Origin: Elusimicrobiota bacterium
Lineage (GTDB): Bacteria > Elusimicrobiota > Elusimicrobia > F11
Assembly (NCBI GenBank): GCA_044221725.1
Contig: JBGAON010000001.1
Coordinates: 224,001-288,000 of the forward strand
Length of the DNA: 64,000 nt
Direction: 5' to 3'
The translations under genes and the position numbers were made by a program. The notes under the pieces were generated by a model. That model was not told the DNA's origin, did not search any database, and saw only the letters and a list, made by a program, of their open reading frames with translations. Positions within the stretch are counted from its first letter, which is position 1; the number at the start of each line of letters is the position of its first letter. Shown here piece after piece: positions 1 to 10,406 of the stretch.

Positions 1-1
1 G

Positions 2-3000
2 TTTGGGAGGTCAGGAATCGCAAGTGTTGAAATTGCGATCCAGCGAAATAACGGGACGGACACCAACTGGTACCGGTTCTCGACCGCTCAATGGGAGCCG
101 GCCTCCATTATCTGGAGCACAGTGTCATACAACGCCGGGACGGGCGTTTGGACCAGATCGACAACAAACGGAAATCTTTGGGACAACTTAGTGACCTATG
201 ACCTTTATGTACGTGCGATCGATAATGCAGGAAACGTGCAAAGCACGCTTCTTTATCCGAGCACGTATTCGTTTGTGTTTCAGCCCCCGCCGTCTGTCAT
301 CGCCTTCACGAAGCCGACCAATAACAAATTCTATCGGGAGAACTTGCAAGACATTAGCGGAACCAACAATGCCGCAACCAACCGCGTGGATGTACAGATT
401 GAGCGGTTATCCGACGGGAAATTCTGGAGTGGTTACACCTTGGCCTGGGTTGGTTCATCGACGTACACGGTGGCGAATGCGTTAACGGCAACCAACTGGA
501 GTTGGAACTCTGGCATTCCGACGTCCGGAGATTGGTTCGTTTCCGGAGCGACCTACACAATTCGTGCGCGCGGTGTAAACACGGCGGGAATTTCCGGCGC
601 GCAAGTTTCTTTGACGATCGGTTTCGATAATCAGGCTCCGACCTCGGTTCTCACGAATCCGCTAACGGCGTTCACTAGCAGTTTTGCGTTGATCAGCGGA
701 ACCGCCAGCGATCAACTCGGGATGGCTGGAATTAACAACATCAAATTGGATATTCAGCGTGTCAACAAAGATGATACGACCGCAGCGGATGGATATTATT
801 GGAATGGTTCAACGTGGACGAATGTTCGTCCGAGTTTGCAAATCACGCCGGTATTGGTGTCGCCGAATCTATGGAATTGGAGTTACACCATCGCCTATTC
901 GACACATCTCGCCAACGGTTACAAATACAAAATCTATCTGATCGCGGAAGATGAATCATTCGTTGACTTAAATTCGTTTGACGGTAACGACGAAGCCGAA
1001 CACAGTTCTAACGTCGTTTACGATATCACAATGCCCACGGCGACAATAACGTCCGTCATGGCAACGGAATTTCGCTCCTCCGTTGTTTTGGCTTCTGGTG
1101 CCGTAAGCGATCCATTGGGAGCGCTGCAGGATAACGCGCTGCCCGGTTACAACCAGGTAAACCAGGTGCAAGTGTCGTTGCGTCGGAATTCCAATAGCTC
1201 GTATTGGAATGGAACAAGCTTCCCTGGAACCACATTGGTTTACTCAACCGCCTCGTTATTCGTAAGTTCGTGGGTGTTCACAAGCATGCCTGATTTCTCG
1301 CTTTCAAATTACAACACGGAGAATTTCACGTTGCGCACGAAAACGGATGACAAGGCAGGAAACGTGAATGCGTTGTTTGTTCCCGGCACGTCGGAGATTA
1401 CGTTTACGGTTGATAATCATGCCCCGACATCCGCGCTTACACTTCCTACATCGAACGCCAAAAGATCGCAGCTCACTGCGTTATCCGGAACCGTCGACGA
1501 CAACACCGCGTCGGATTTCCCAAACAATGCGGGAGTAAGCGGAGTGTCAAATGTGGATGCGCTTGTTTATAACGTCCAAGGCAACACGACGTATTATTGG
1601 AACGGAACTATTTTTTCAAGTAATACAACGGAGGCCGCTTCGTGGCAATCCGTCGATGTGCTTACATCGCTCGGCACCTCGTCCGCAACATGGACATACA
1701 ACGCACTCGATAGCTTGAAAATGACGCCGGGTGTGCAAGCGGGCTGGATTTCCGATCGGGCCTATGTCGTGAAAGTGCGTGCCCGCGACAACGCGTTTCC
1801 CATTGGCAACGTCGGTTCCGAAAACGTCGCGACCAGCGTGATTATCGATACGACCTCGCCAACGTCGGCCGTGACATATCCGAACACGACTCCCGTTCGA
1901 TTGTTGGCCACCATAAGCGGAACGTGCAGCGCTGATTTGGCTGGATTTGGAAATATTAAATTCTCGATGCAGGATCATAATGGCAATTACTTCAACGGGA
2001 GCGGCTTTTCTTCGGCCGGAGAAGTTTTCCTTGATACTCGAACGTTGACCAATCAAAGCGGGACCCAAGTTTATACGTCCACCTTTGTGACGTCGGCGAA
2101 TTTGACCAGTGGATCAACTTACACCATCCGTATTTACGGAACCGATGCGGCGTTGCCGACCGCGAACACGCAAGTCGGCGGAACACCTGGTTCGTTCACA
2201 TTCTATTTCGACAACACGCCACCCGAAACATTGAGCATCAGCGCACCGATCAACAATGGCGCTTACGGCCCGTCGAACACACTGAGCAATATAACCGGAG
2301 GAGCCATTGACAATCATTCGGGTGTCGTGCGTGTGGAATTGGAAATCTTTAATCAAACGGATGCGCTTTATTTCGGTGGTTCCTCGTTTAATCAGGTGAG
2401 CTCGAGCTGGGTCAATGTCGGCGGTTCGCTCTCGTCTTGGTCGTTTGCGTCTCCGGCATGGATTGCGAATAAGAATTATCAAGTTCGCGCGCGCGCGTTT
2501 GATTCGGCCGGAAATGTGTCAACAACCTCGGCGGTCGCGTTCATTTACGATTCCACAAATCCTGTCGTGAGTTCGATTCTCGTGCCATCGCAAGCGTATC
2601 AGGCGGCCAACACCTTGAATGTACTTTCTGGTACGGCGCACGACGGACTGATAAATCCCCGATCCGGTTTGCAAAATATCGAAGTGGCAATCCACGATAT
2701 CGACGACGGTGATTCTGACAAGTGGTATTCCGGTGTAAACGCGAGTGGTTTCAATCAGTCGAACGCTTCATGGCGTTTAACAAGCAGCACAATATCGGTG
2801 GCCAGTGCCACAGCCCCTTGGAGTTATCCGTTTGGGGCAGACGAGATCCCGACGTGGCAGGACGGCCATCAATACGATTTGTACGTGAGGGCCACGGACC
2901 TTGCACAGAACGTGAGCACGATATTCGTGTCGACGTTTATTTATGACCCGGTCAATCCGGCCGGCTATATCACCAAGCCCGATGGCGCTGTGACGCCCCA

Positions 3001-6000
3001 TTACGAAAGCAGCTTGTCAACGATTTCAGGAACCGCCGCGGACACAATCGACACCGTTAAAGCGGGGGCGATCAGCACCGTCGATATTCGCATTCGCCAT
3101 ATTGGCGGTAGCATTTGGTGGAATCCCGCGAAGGCCGGTGGCGCAAATTGGGACAACGCGCTCACCGACAACACGGCGTGGTTCGCAACGAGTTCCACGG
3201 ACAGTTGGGCCCACTGGCAATACAATACCGCCGTGCCGAGCTGGACCCCCGGACAGTCCTACGCAATTTCGATGCGCGTTCGCGATCAAGCGGGGAATTA
3301 CTCGTCGATTACGTACTCCACATTTACGTTCGACACAAATCTGCCCAGCTCGCGCGTGACCTTGCCGCTCAATGGTGCGACCGTAAATTCGCTCGGTCTC
3401 ACCGGCGTCTCCGGAACGGCGGCCGATTCCGGTTCACCGGTAACCCAAGTGCGTGTCGCAATTAAAAATTTAAACAACGGTTTGTGGTACGACTCGTTGG
3501 ATGATCTCTTTGAAATCTCATCGGTCGGCCCGAACTTCCTTACGGGAGTTACGGGCACTTCAAATTGGAATTATGCCACGACCGCTCTCGGCGATGGAGA
3601 TTTGTTGTCGGGTACTTCCTATTACGCTACGAGCGAAGCCACGGACTCCGCTGGAAATGTCCAGGCGGATTTCTCGACGGGGGGTTCGACATTTACGTTT
3701 GATAACACAAGCCCACTTACCGGCGTAACGCGGCCGCCGGCGGCCGGTGTTATTTTCTCAAACGAAGCTTACTACCGTTCGCTCTCGACTGTTTCCGGCA
3801 CGGCCGACGATTTCACTATGTTGCCGGCCGGTCGGAATCTGAACGCGGGGATCGGCAGCGCAAATGTAAAAGTTTCTATTAAAGATCTTAATACCACGTC
3901 TTATTGGAAGCAATCCAACACCGACTTTAGCGAATCCGATGAAGGCAATTCGTGGGTGAGCGCAACCTTTGTGGGCACCTCATCCGGAACATGGTCATAC
4001 AGTGGAACAAACTTCAATGCCGCGTTGACGAACGGTCACACGTACGTGGTCAAGTCGTCCGCCACCGATTTAATTTCAAACGTTCAGACATCGGTTTCAT
4101 CCAATGTGTTTGTGTTTGATTCTTCGGCGCCGATGGCAGGAATCGTTGTTCCTTCAGCGGTGTCACTGAACAGCTTGACTCAAATCACTGGAACCGCACG
4201 TGATTATCCATTCGCGGGTGCGCTGAAGCGCGTGGGGATGGATCACGTGGAGATCCAAATAATAGATCTTGGCGATGATCAGGCGATTGGTGGGGCCGGT
4301 GGCAACGCCGATACGTATTGGGATACGTCGTCTTTCGCGGCTCCGTCGGCCACCGTTACCGTCAATATTTCAGGTCAGGGACTTGTGACCTGGACCTACG
4401 ACAACCCGGACAGTATTTGGCAGGAAGGCCATACGTACCGAGTTCACGTGACGCCGTTCGATGGCGTCGCGAATTCGGCCGCCACGCCGGCATCTGCGCA
4501 ATTTGTGTTTGACTCATCGGCGCCGACAACAACGTCCATCCGTCCAGCCGAGGGCATCGGCTACAACGGAACGTCGAACCAATTGATCAATCTTTCGGCC
4601 ACTGCTATAGACATGCCCGTCGCACCCAAAGCGAGTGTTGGCGTGAATACATCGAAGGTGTATTTCACGTTGCGGCGCGATGATAACAACAACAACGCCT
4701 CCGACGGAGGCGACCAATATTGGGACGGACTTTATCCAGGAACGTTCGATCAGTCCGGAGAAGTTGTGATGCGCATGCATTCGGATGGCGGAGTCAATTT
4801 TTCGACCGCCGCCCCGACGTGGGATTCGGGGTATCGCTATTTCTTAGAGACGTGGACCGAAGACGCATTGGGTAACGTCGAACAGCGTCACACTCGTCGC
4901 TTCACGGTGGACATTATTCCACCGGATTCTGCGATTACATTCCCTTCGGACAATTCATCATTTCAAAATTTGACATCGGTGGCCGGAACCGCTGCGGATG
5001 TCACAAGCGGTATTGCGGCCGTGAATCTGAAAATTTGGGATTTGGGCTCTGATTTCAGTGCGAACACCGCCGATGATTTGTACTGGAGTGAATTTAATGG
5101 CTGGGTGACGGCGTCGACGCAAGTCGTGTCGAATCTCACTTCGGTGTATGTAACGTCGGCAACATGGAGCGTTACGCCGGCCGGAAACAAATTGCCCAGC
5201 GGGTGGACATCGGGTCGCATATACAAATTAATATCGTACGCCACGGATACGGCGGACAACGTACAGGGCGTGGTCTCAACAATTACGTTCCGCGTCGACA
5301 ACACCGCGCCCGTAGCTGGAATTACCTTGCCTGCCCACAACAGCGGTTTCAATTCTCTGAGCACCTTAAGTGGAACCGCGGGCGGCACCGAGGTATCTGG
5401 CGGTCGCGACTTTAGTCAGATCGCCGCCGTGAATTTGCAGATTATTGATATCAGCACATCACCGGTCCAATATTGGAACGGAGGATTGTTTACAACGGCG
5501 GTATCAACAAAGTCGGCTGCGTTCGTTGGATATTCCTCTGGAACGTGGACCTACAATAACGGCAGTCTCGATTCGCAGTTTATCTCGGGCCACAACTATC
5601 GCGTGTTAGCGTGGGCACAAGACAGTGCCAACAATACCCAAACGAGCTTCACTGTGGGCGTCTCTTCAAACGTGTTTTACTACGACAACGTGGCGTCCAC
5701 CTCCGCGATTACGGTGCCCGCTGATCAAGGTGCGTATCGCACGTTCACAAGTTTCTCGGGAACCGCTGGCGATGACTTTTCGGGGGTGAACGCTGTCAGT
5801 CTTACGATCAGCTACGTGCTCGCCGGAAGTACCTACTATTGGGATGGCGTTGCGTTCGATTCCAACACCTACTCGACAGTGGGTTCCTCGGTTGTGCACA
5901 TGAATCAGGCGTCAGTGAACTGGAGTTACAACACGAGCACGTTGTTATCGAATCTCGTTCCCGGTCGGCAATACACGGTATTCTCTCGGTCGGTGGATCG

Positions 6001-9000
6001 TTCGTCGAATTTCGAGGTTGCGGGAGCCACGGCAACGTTTCTTTACGATACGTATTTTGGTACCGCCACATTTACGAACCCAACCGGGAACGGTGTGTTC
6101 CGCTCGCCAGCCAATCCGCTTTTGACTGTTCAGGGTACGTCTGTCGATTTCCCTTCCCATCGTTTGGCGGGAATTGCGCGCAACGAAATCCGCATTCGTC
6201 GCACACCACCAGGCAATGAATATTGGGATGGGAGCGGATGGGCGCTCAATAGCTCGACGTGGATGGTGACGGTCGGATCGACGTCGTGGTCGTTCGCAGA
6301 ACCGTCGGCTCATTGGCAGGATAACACCGACTACACAATGAACGTGCGTACCATCGATTTGGCGAGCAACTTGTCTTTGTCCGCCACGCAGACGTTCACG
6401 TTTGATTCTGGACTGCCGATTGCTGTCATTCAAGATCCTGACGCCATCTTCGAGAAATCCCTCGGCACAATTCTTGGAACGGCGGGAGATTATTCGACGG
6501 CAAAAATGTCGGGCCTTTACACGGCGAAGGTGGCTATCGAGCGTAACCCAACCGGTGGTGGAAATTGGTGGGACGGGTCTGGTTTCAACGTGTTGAATGG
6601 TGACTTTGATGATTCCGGAGATACGCCGAGTCTTGGTTGGATTGTGGTGTCAACCACATCCGACGGAGGAGCATGGACGTTAACCGGGAGCTCGTTGCCG
6701 GTGTGGTCAAACGATCAGGCGTATCTCGTGAAAATTCGAGCGCAGGACAACGCGCAAAACTTTTCATCGCCTATTTCTTCATACACCTTCACGTACGACA
6801 ATGTTGCGCCGGTCACTGTTATTCAAAAGCCTGTTGGAGCTCCGTCGGTGCCACGAACATCTGGTCTTCCCATCATTTCGGGAACATCATCCGATACAAC
6901 CAACTCAAATATCAACTACGTGCAACTTCGTATTCGGCGAAACGATCTTCAGCAGTTCTACGACCCGGCAACATCCCGCACGAGCCCGAACTTCAGCATC
7001 GCCGAGCCGGGCAACTCGGCGTGGTTCACCGCGGATACGAGCAACGGCTACGTGAACTGGAGCGCGACGTTCACGTGGACCACGGGCATCAGCTACGCGG
7101 TGCAAGCGCGCACGGTGGATAAAGCGGGAAATATTTCGAACGTTGTGTATTCAACGTTCACGTACGACACCGATGCGCCGCAATCGTTTGTGAGCGTGCC
7201 GTCGAGTTCGGTTATCCGTGGACTCGTGACAGTGTCCGGAACCGCGTCGGATGGAGGAACGGTGGTGAACGTGGAAGTTGCGGTGCAGAATCTTGCGACC
7301 GGACTGTGGTTTGATGGAGCGGGCTTCACGGGCGGATCGGTGTTGTGGCAAGCGAAGTCGTCGCTGTTGGGATCCGCGCCGTTCACGTGGACATACACGG
7401 TGCTGAACGATTCGCATCTGACGACCGGCACAAGCTACTACATCATCACGCGTTCATCGGATGATGCGGGGAATCTTGAAACCGATTACGTGAGCGGATC
7501 GGAAACATTTACGTACGACATCAACGTGCCGACGGCGATCGTGCAGGTTCCTGCGAACAACGCGTATTACCGAGCGGGCCAGATCACGACACTTTCCGGA
7601 ACAGCGGCGGACACGACAAGCACGGTGCGCGAGTTGGCCCTCTACATCCAGCGTGCCGATGGACAATTCTGGACGGATACGGAAAGCCCCGCGGACGGAT
7701 CCGGAGTATGGGGAACAACGATGACGGCGATCGTGGTCTCAACAGCGAGCATGCCGAGCTGGTCGTACACGTTGGCGAACGAGTCGCAGATCTGGGCCCA
7801 CAACCAACCGTATCGAGCGTGGATTGCGGCGACGGACTTGCCGGGGAATGTGCAGACATCGTTTGTGGTGGGAACCTCGTCGAACGCGTTCACCTATGAT
7901 ACGGCGTACGGAACGTCGGTGGTTGTTGTGCCTGTGGCGAACGACTACTACAACGCGTCAACGAAACCGTTGCCGGTAATTTCTGGAACCGCCATCGATG
8001 AAACGCTTGGGAGTCGTGTGCAGAGCGTTTCGTACTCAATTAAAGAAAGCGGGAGCGGATTGTACTGGAACGCCAATGTCTCAACCTTCAGTTCCGCAGG
8101 CGAATTGTTCAACGCGATGGCGTTTACGGGTCCGAACGTGTGGACGTCAACGCATCCGACGCTGCAAGACGGTCTCGCGTATCAGGTGCGTATGCGCGCG
8201 ACCGACAAAGCCGGCAACGTCGAACCGCTGCGTGCCACCACCGCCTTCACATTCGATGTGTCGTCGCCAACAACGAGAATCACACGGCCCGTAGCGGGAT
8301 CGGAAGTTTCATCGCTTCCTTATATATCCGGTACAGTATCTGACAACACGGGAACAGCCGGGGTTCAAACGGTTGAATTGGCGGTGGCCGTTGATACGGG
8401 CGGATGGTACAACGATTCGAACAACACGTTTGATCAAACGAGCGAGTACTTCTTTACAGCGGTGACGACAAACGCGTTCTCCACCTGGTTCTCGTCGAAC
8501 ATTCCGTTCCAAGACGGACACGTGTACGGCATCAAAGCGCGCGCGACCGACAAAGCAACGAACGTTCAGACAATATTCACATCGAACGTGAGCACGCTGA
8601 CATTCACATTCGATAACGTTGCGCCGGTCACGTACATACAGAAACCGGTGGGAGCTCCGTCGGTGCCGCGCACATCGAGTCTTCCGATTATTTCAGGTAC
8701 CGCATCGGACACGCTGAATTCGAGCATCAACTACGTACAACTTCGTATCCGACGAAACGATCTCCAACAGTTCTACGACCCGGCAACGTCCCGCACGAGC
8801 CCGAACTTCAGCATCGCCGAGCCGGGCAACTCGGCGTGGTTCACCGCGGATACGAGCAACGGCTACGTGAACTGGAGCGCGACGTTCACGTGGACCACGG
8901 GCATCAGCTACGCGGTGCAAGCGCGCACGGTGGATAAAGCGGGAAATATTTCGAACGTTGTGTATTCAACGTTCACGTACGACACCGATGCGCCGCAATC

Positions 9001-9301
9001 GTTTGTGAGCGTGCCGTCGAGTTCGGTTATCCGTGGACTCGTGACAGTGTCCGGAACCGCGTCGGATGGAGGAACGGTGGTGAACGTGGAAGTTGCGGTG
9101 CAGAATCTTGCGACTGACTGTGGTTTGATGGAGCGGGCTCACGGGCGGATCGGTGTTGTGGCAAGCGAAGTCGTCGCTGTTGGGATCCGCGCCGTTCACG
9201 TGGACATACACGGTGCTGAACGATTCGCATCTGACGACCGGCACGGTTACCACATCATCAGCGTTCATCGGATGGCGGGAATCTTGAAACCGATTACGTG
9301 A
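2..9301 (+). CDS. Giant secreted Ig-like repeat surface protein, 5' segment (partial; frame is open from the window edge; the 3' end from about 9115 is frameshifted)
   Basis: Frame 2 reads FGRSGIASVEIAIQRNNGTDTNWY... with no stop from position 2 into the 3059-aa ORF. It consists of tandem ~120-aa Thr/Ser-rich beta repeats (D-x-x-A-P...ISGTAxD...YWNG...W-S/T-Y...RAxDxAGN). Translation turns to non-repeat junk after about 9115. Confidence 0.85.
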   Translation, partial: FGRSGIASVEIAIQRNNGTDTNWYRFSTAQWEPASIIWSTVSYNAGTGVWTRSTTNGNLWDNLVTYDLYVRAIDNAGNVQSTLLYPSTYSFVFQPPPSVIAFTKPTNNKFYRENLQDISGTNNAATNRVDVQIERLSDGKFWSGYTLAWVGSSTYTVANALTATNWSWNSGIPTSGDWFVSGATYTIRARGVNTAGISGAQVSLTIGFDNQAPTSVLTNPLTAFTSSFALISGTASDQLGMAGINNIKLDIQRVNKDDTTAADGYYWNGSTWTNVRPSLQITPVLVSPNLWNWSYTIAYSTHLANGYKYKIYLIAEDESFVDLNSFDGNDEAEHSSNVVYDITMPTATITSVMATEFRSSVVLASGAVSDPLGALQDNALPGYNQVNQVQVSLRRNSNSSYWNGTSFPGTTLVYSTASLFVSSWVFTSMPDFSLSNYNTENFTLRTKTDDKAGNVNALFVPGTSEITFTVDNHAPTSALTLPTSNAKRSQLTALSGTVDDNTASDFPNNAGVSGVSNVDALVYNVQGNTTYYWNGTIFSSNTTEAASWQSVDVLTSLGTSSATWTYNALDSLKMTPGVQAGWISDRAYVVKVRARDNAFPIGNVGSENVATSVIIDTTSPTSAVTYPNTTPVRLLATISGTCSADLAGFGNIKFSMQDHNGNYFNGSGFSSAGEVFLDTRTLTNQSGTQVYTSTFVTSANLTSGSTYTIRIYGTDAALPTANTQVGGTPGSFTFYFDNTPPETLSISAPINNGAYGPSNTLSNITGGAIDNHSGVVRVELEIFNQTDALYFGGSSFNQVSSSWVNVGGSLSSWSFASPAWIANKNYQVRARAFDSAGNVSTTSAVAFIYDSTNPVVSSILVPSQAYQAANTLNVLSGTAHDGLINPRSGLQNIEVAIHDIDDGDSDKWYSGVNASGFNQSNASWRLTSSTISVASATAPWSYPFGADEIPTWQDGHQYDLYVRATDLAQNVSTIFVSTFIYDPVNPAGYITKPDGAVTPHYESSLSTISGTAADTIDTVKAGAISTVDIRIRHIGGSIWWNPAKAGGANWDNALTDNTAWFATSSTDSWAHWQYNTAVPSWTPGQSYAISMRVRDQAGNYSSITYSTFTFDTNLPSSRVTLPLNGATVNSLGLTGVSGTAADSGSPVTQVRVAIKNLNNGLWYDSLDDLFEISSVGPNFLTGVTGTSNWNYATTALGDGDLLSGTSYYATSEATDSAGNVQADFSTGGSTFTFDNTSPLTGVTRPPAAGVIFSNEAYYRSLSTVSGTADDFTMLPAGRNLNAGIGSANVKVSIKDLNTTSYWKQSNTDFSESDEGNSWVSATFVGTSSGTWSYSGTNFNAALTNGHTYVVKSSATDLISNVQTSVSSNVFVFDSSAPMAGIVVPSAVSLNSLTQITGTARDYPFAGALKRVGMDHVEIQIIDLGDDQAIGGAGGNADTYWDTSSFAAPSATVTVNISGQGLVTWTYDNPDSIWQEGHTYRVHVTPFDGVANSAATPASAQFVFDSSAPTTTSIRPAEGIGYNGTSNQLINLSATAIDMPVAPKASVGVNTSKVYFTLRRDDNNNNASDGGDQYWDGLYPGTFDQSGEVVMRMHSDGGVNFSTAAPTWDSGYRYFLETWTEDALGNVEQRHTRRFTVDIIPPDSAITFPSDNSSFQNLTSVAGTAADVTSGIAAVNLKIWDLGSDFSANTADDLYWSEFNGWVTASTQVVSNLTSVYVTSATWSVTPAGNKLPSGWTSGRIYKLISYATDTADNVQGVVSTITFRVDNTAPVAGITLPAHNSGFNSLSTLSGTAGGTEVSGGRDFSQIAAVNLQIIDISTSPVQYWNGGLFTTAVSTKSAAFVGYSSGTWTYNNGSLDSQFISGHNYRVLAWAQDSANNTQTSFTVGVSSNVFYYDNVASTSAITVPADQGAYRTFTSFSGTAGDDFSGVNAVSLTISYVLAGSTYYWDGVAFDSNTYSTVGSSVVHMNQASVNWSYNTSTLLSNLVPGRQYTVFSRSVDRSSNFEVAGATATFLYDTYFGTATFTNPTGNGVFRSPANPLLTVQGTSVDFPSHRLAGIARNEIRIRRTPPGNEYWDGSGWALNSSTWMVTVGSTSWSFAEPSAHWQDNTDYTMNVRTIDLASNLSLSATQTFTFDSGLPIAVIQDPDAIFEKSLGTILGTAGDYSTAKMSGLYTAKVAIERNPTGGGNWWDGSGFNVLNGDFDDSGDTPSLGWIVVSTTSDGGAWTLTGSSLPVWSNDQAYLVKIRAQDNAQNFSSPISSYTFTYDNVAPVTVIQKPVGAPSVPRTSGLPIISGTSSDTTNSNINYVQLRIRRNDLQQFYDPATSRTSPNFSIAEPGNSAWFTADTSNGYVNWSATFTWTTGISYAVQARTVDKAGNISNVVYSTFTYDTDAPQSFVSVPSSSVIRGLVTVSGTASDGGTVVNVEVAVQNLATGLWFDGAGFTGGSVLWQAKSSLLGSAPFTWTYTVLNDSHLTTGTSYYIITRSSDDAGNLETDYVSGSETFTYDINVPTAIVQVPANNAYYRAGQITTLSGTAADTTSTVRELALYIQRADGQFWTDTESPADGSGVWGTTMTAIVVSTASMPSWSYTLANESQIWAHNQPYRAWIAATDLPGNVQTSFVVGTSSNAFTYDTAYGTSVVVVPVANDYYNASTKPLPVISGTAIDETLGSRVQSVSYSIKESGSGLYWNANVSTFSSAGELFNAMAFTGPNVWTSTHPTLQDGLAYQVRMRATDKAGNVEPLRATTAFTFDVSSPTTRITRPVAGSEVSSLPYISGTVSDNTGTAGVQTVELAVAVDTGGWYNDSNNTFDQTSEYFFTAVTTNAFSTWFSSNIPFQDGHVYGIKARATDKATNVQTIFTSNVSTLTFTFDNVAPVTYIQKPVGAPSVPRTSSLPIISGTASDTLNSSINYVQLRIRRNDLQQFYDPATSRTSPNFSIAEPGNSAWFTADTSNGYVNWSATFTWTTGISYAVQARTVDKAGNISNVVYSTFTYDTDAPQSFVSVPSSSVIRGLVTVSGTASDGGTVVNVEVAVQNLATDCGLMERAHGRIGVVASEVVAVGIRAVHVDIHGAERFASDDRHGYHIISVHRMAGILKPIT
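6797..8611 (+). repeat. Internal tandem duplication, copy 1 (1815 bp = 605 codons, about 5 Ig-like domains)
   Basis: DNVAP codons at 6797 recur at 8612. 6961 cgacccggca recurs at 8776 (offset 1815). 8111-8268 recurs at 9906-10063. Confidence 0.95.
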
Positions 9302-10406
9302 GCGGATCGAAACATTTACGTATCGACATCAACGTGCCGACGGCGATCGTGCAAGGTTCCTGCGAACAACGCGTATTACCGAGCGGGCCAGATCACGACA
9401 CTTTCCGGAACAGCGGCGGACACGACAAGCACGGTGCGCGAGTGGCCCTCTACATCCAGCGCGTGCCGATGGACAATTCTGGACGGATACGGAAAGCCCC
9501 GCGGACGGATCCGGAGTATGGGAACAACGATGACGGCGATCGTGGTCTCAACAGCGAGCATGCCGAGCTGGTCGTATGCCAGAACGAGTCGCAGGATCTG
9601 GGCCACAACCAACCGTAGTATCGAGCGTGATTATGGCGACGACCTGCCGGGAACAAAATATCGTTTGTGGTGGAACCTCGTCGAACGCGCCCTACCTATG
9701 ATGCGTGCCGGTCGCCGGTGGTTACGCCTGTGGCGAACGATTTCGCGTAACGTGCCAACGAAACCGTTGCCGGTAATTTCTGAACCGCTACCGATGAAAC
9801 GTTTGGGAGTCGCAGCAGCGTTTCGTACTAATTAAAGAAAGCGGGGATGGATTGTACTGGAACGCTGTACCAACTCCTTCAGTTCCGTTAAGGGTGAATC
9901 GGTCCAACGCGATGGCGTTTACGGGTCCGAACGTGTGGACGTCAACGCATCCGACGCTGCAAGACGGTCTCGCGTATCAGGTGCGTATGCGCGCGACCGA
10001 CAAAGCCGGCAACGTCGAACCGCTGCGTGCCACCACCGCCTTCACATTCGATGTGTCGTCGCCGACGGCCGGAATTGTATTGCCCGTCAACAATTCAAAT
10101 ATTTCGAGCCTGCCGACGATTTCAGGAACGGTGACCGATAACACAGGACTTTCTGGAGTCCAGCAAGTGGAATTGGCAATCTATGTTGACACCGGTGGAT
10201 GGTACAACGAAGCAAACAATACTTTTGATCAATCGTCGGAACATTATTTTGTAACCAGTTCGACGAACGGATTTGCCACTTGGTTCTCCACCGGCATTCC
10301 TTTTGTGAGTGGTCACATTTATGCGTTGCGTTCGCGTGCGACGGATAAAGCGAACAATGTTCAGACAATTTTTGCGACAGCCGTGAGCACATTATCGTTC
10401 ACGTTC
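8612..10406 (+). repeat. Internal tandem duplication, copy 2 (1795 bp, middle corrupted by indels)
   Basis: Near-identical to copy 1 at about 8766-9113 and 9906-10063. Diverged but homologous at both ends. Net loss of 20 bp across about 9115-9905. Confidence 0.95.
9115..9905 (+). other. Frameshift-rich patch, probable long-read consensus error, interrupting the giant gene
   Basis: Aligns colinearly to about 7300-8110 but with many 1-3 nt insertions and deletions (gcgaccggactg vs gcgactgactg; gggcttcacg vs gggctcacg). It is flanked by essentially identical sequence. Confidence 0.8.

Noticed and set aside
122..124. Start codon of the giant protein at 122
   Set aside because: The frame is open and repeat-like from position 2, with no signal peptide, so the true start is upstream of the window.
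9298..9835. ORFs 9298-9618 and 9434-9835 as separate genes
   Set aside because: They contain out-of-frame pieces of the repeat-copy-1 protein (DINVPTAIVQ, MTAIVVSTASMPSWSY), so they are frameshift fragments.
6797..10406. Repeat pair as a diversity-generating retroelement TR/VR
   Set aside because: Differences are indels and mixed substitutions, not adenine-specific. The repeat is 1.8 kb and in-frame, and no reverse transcriptase is present.
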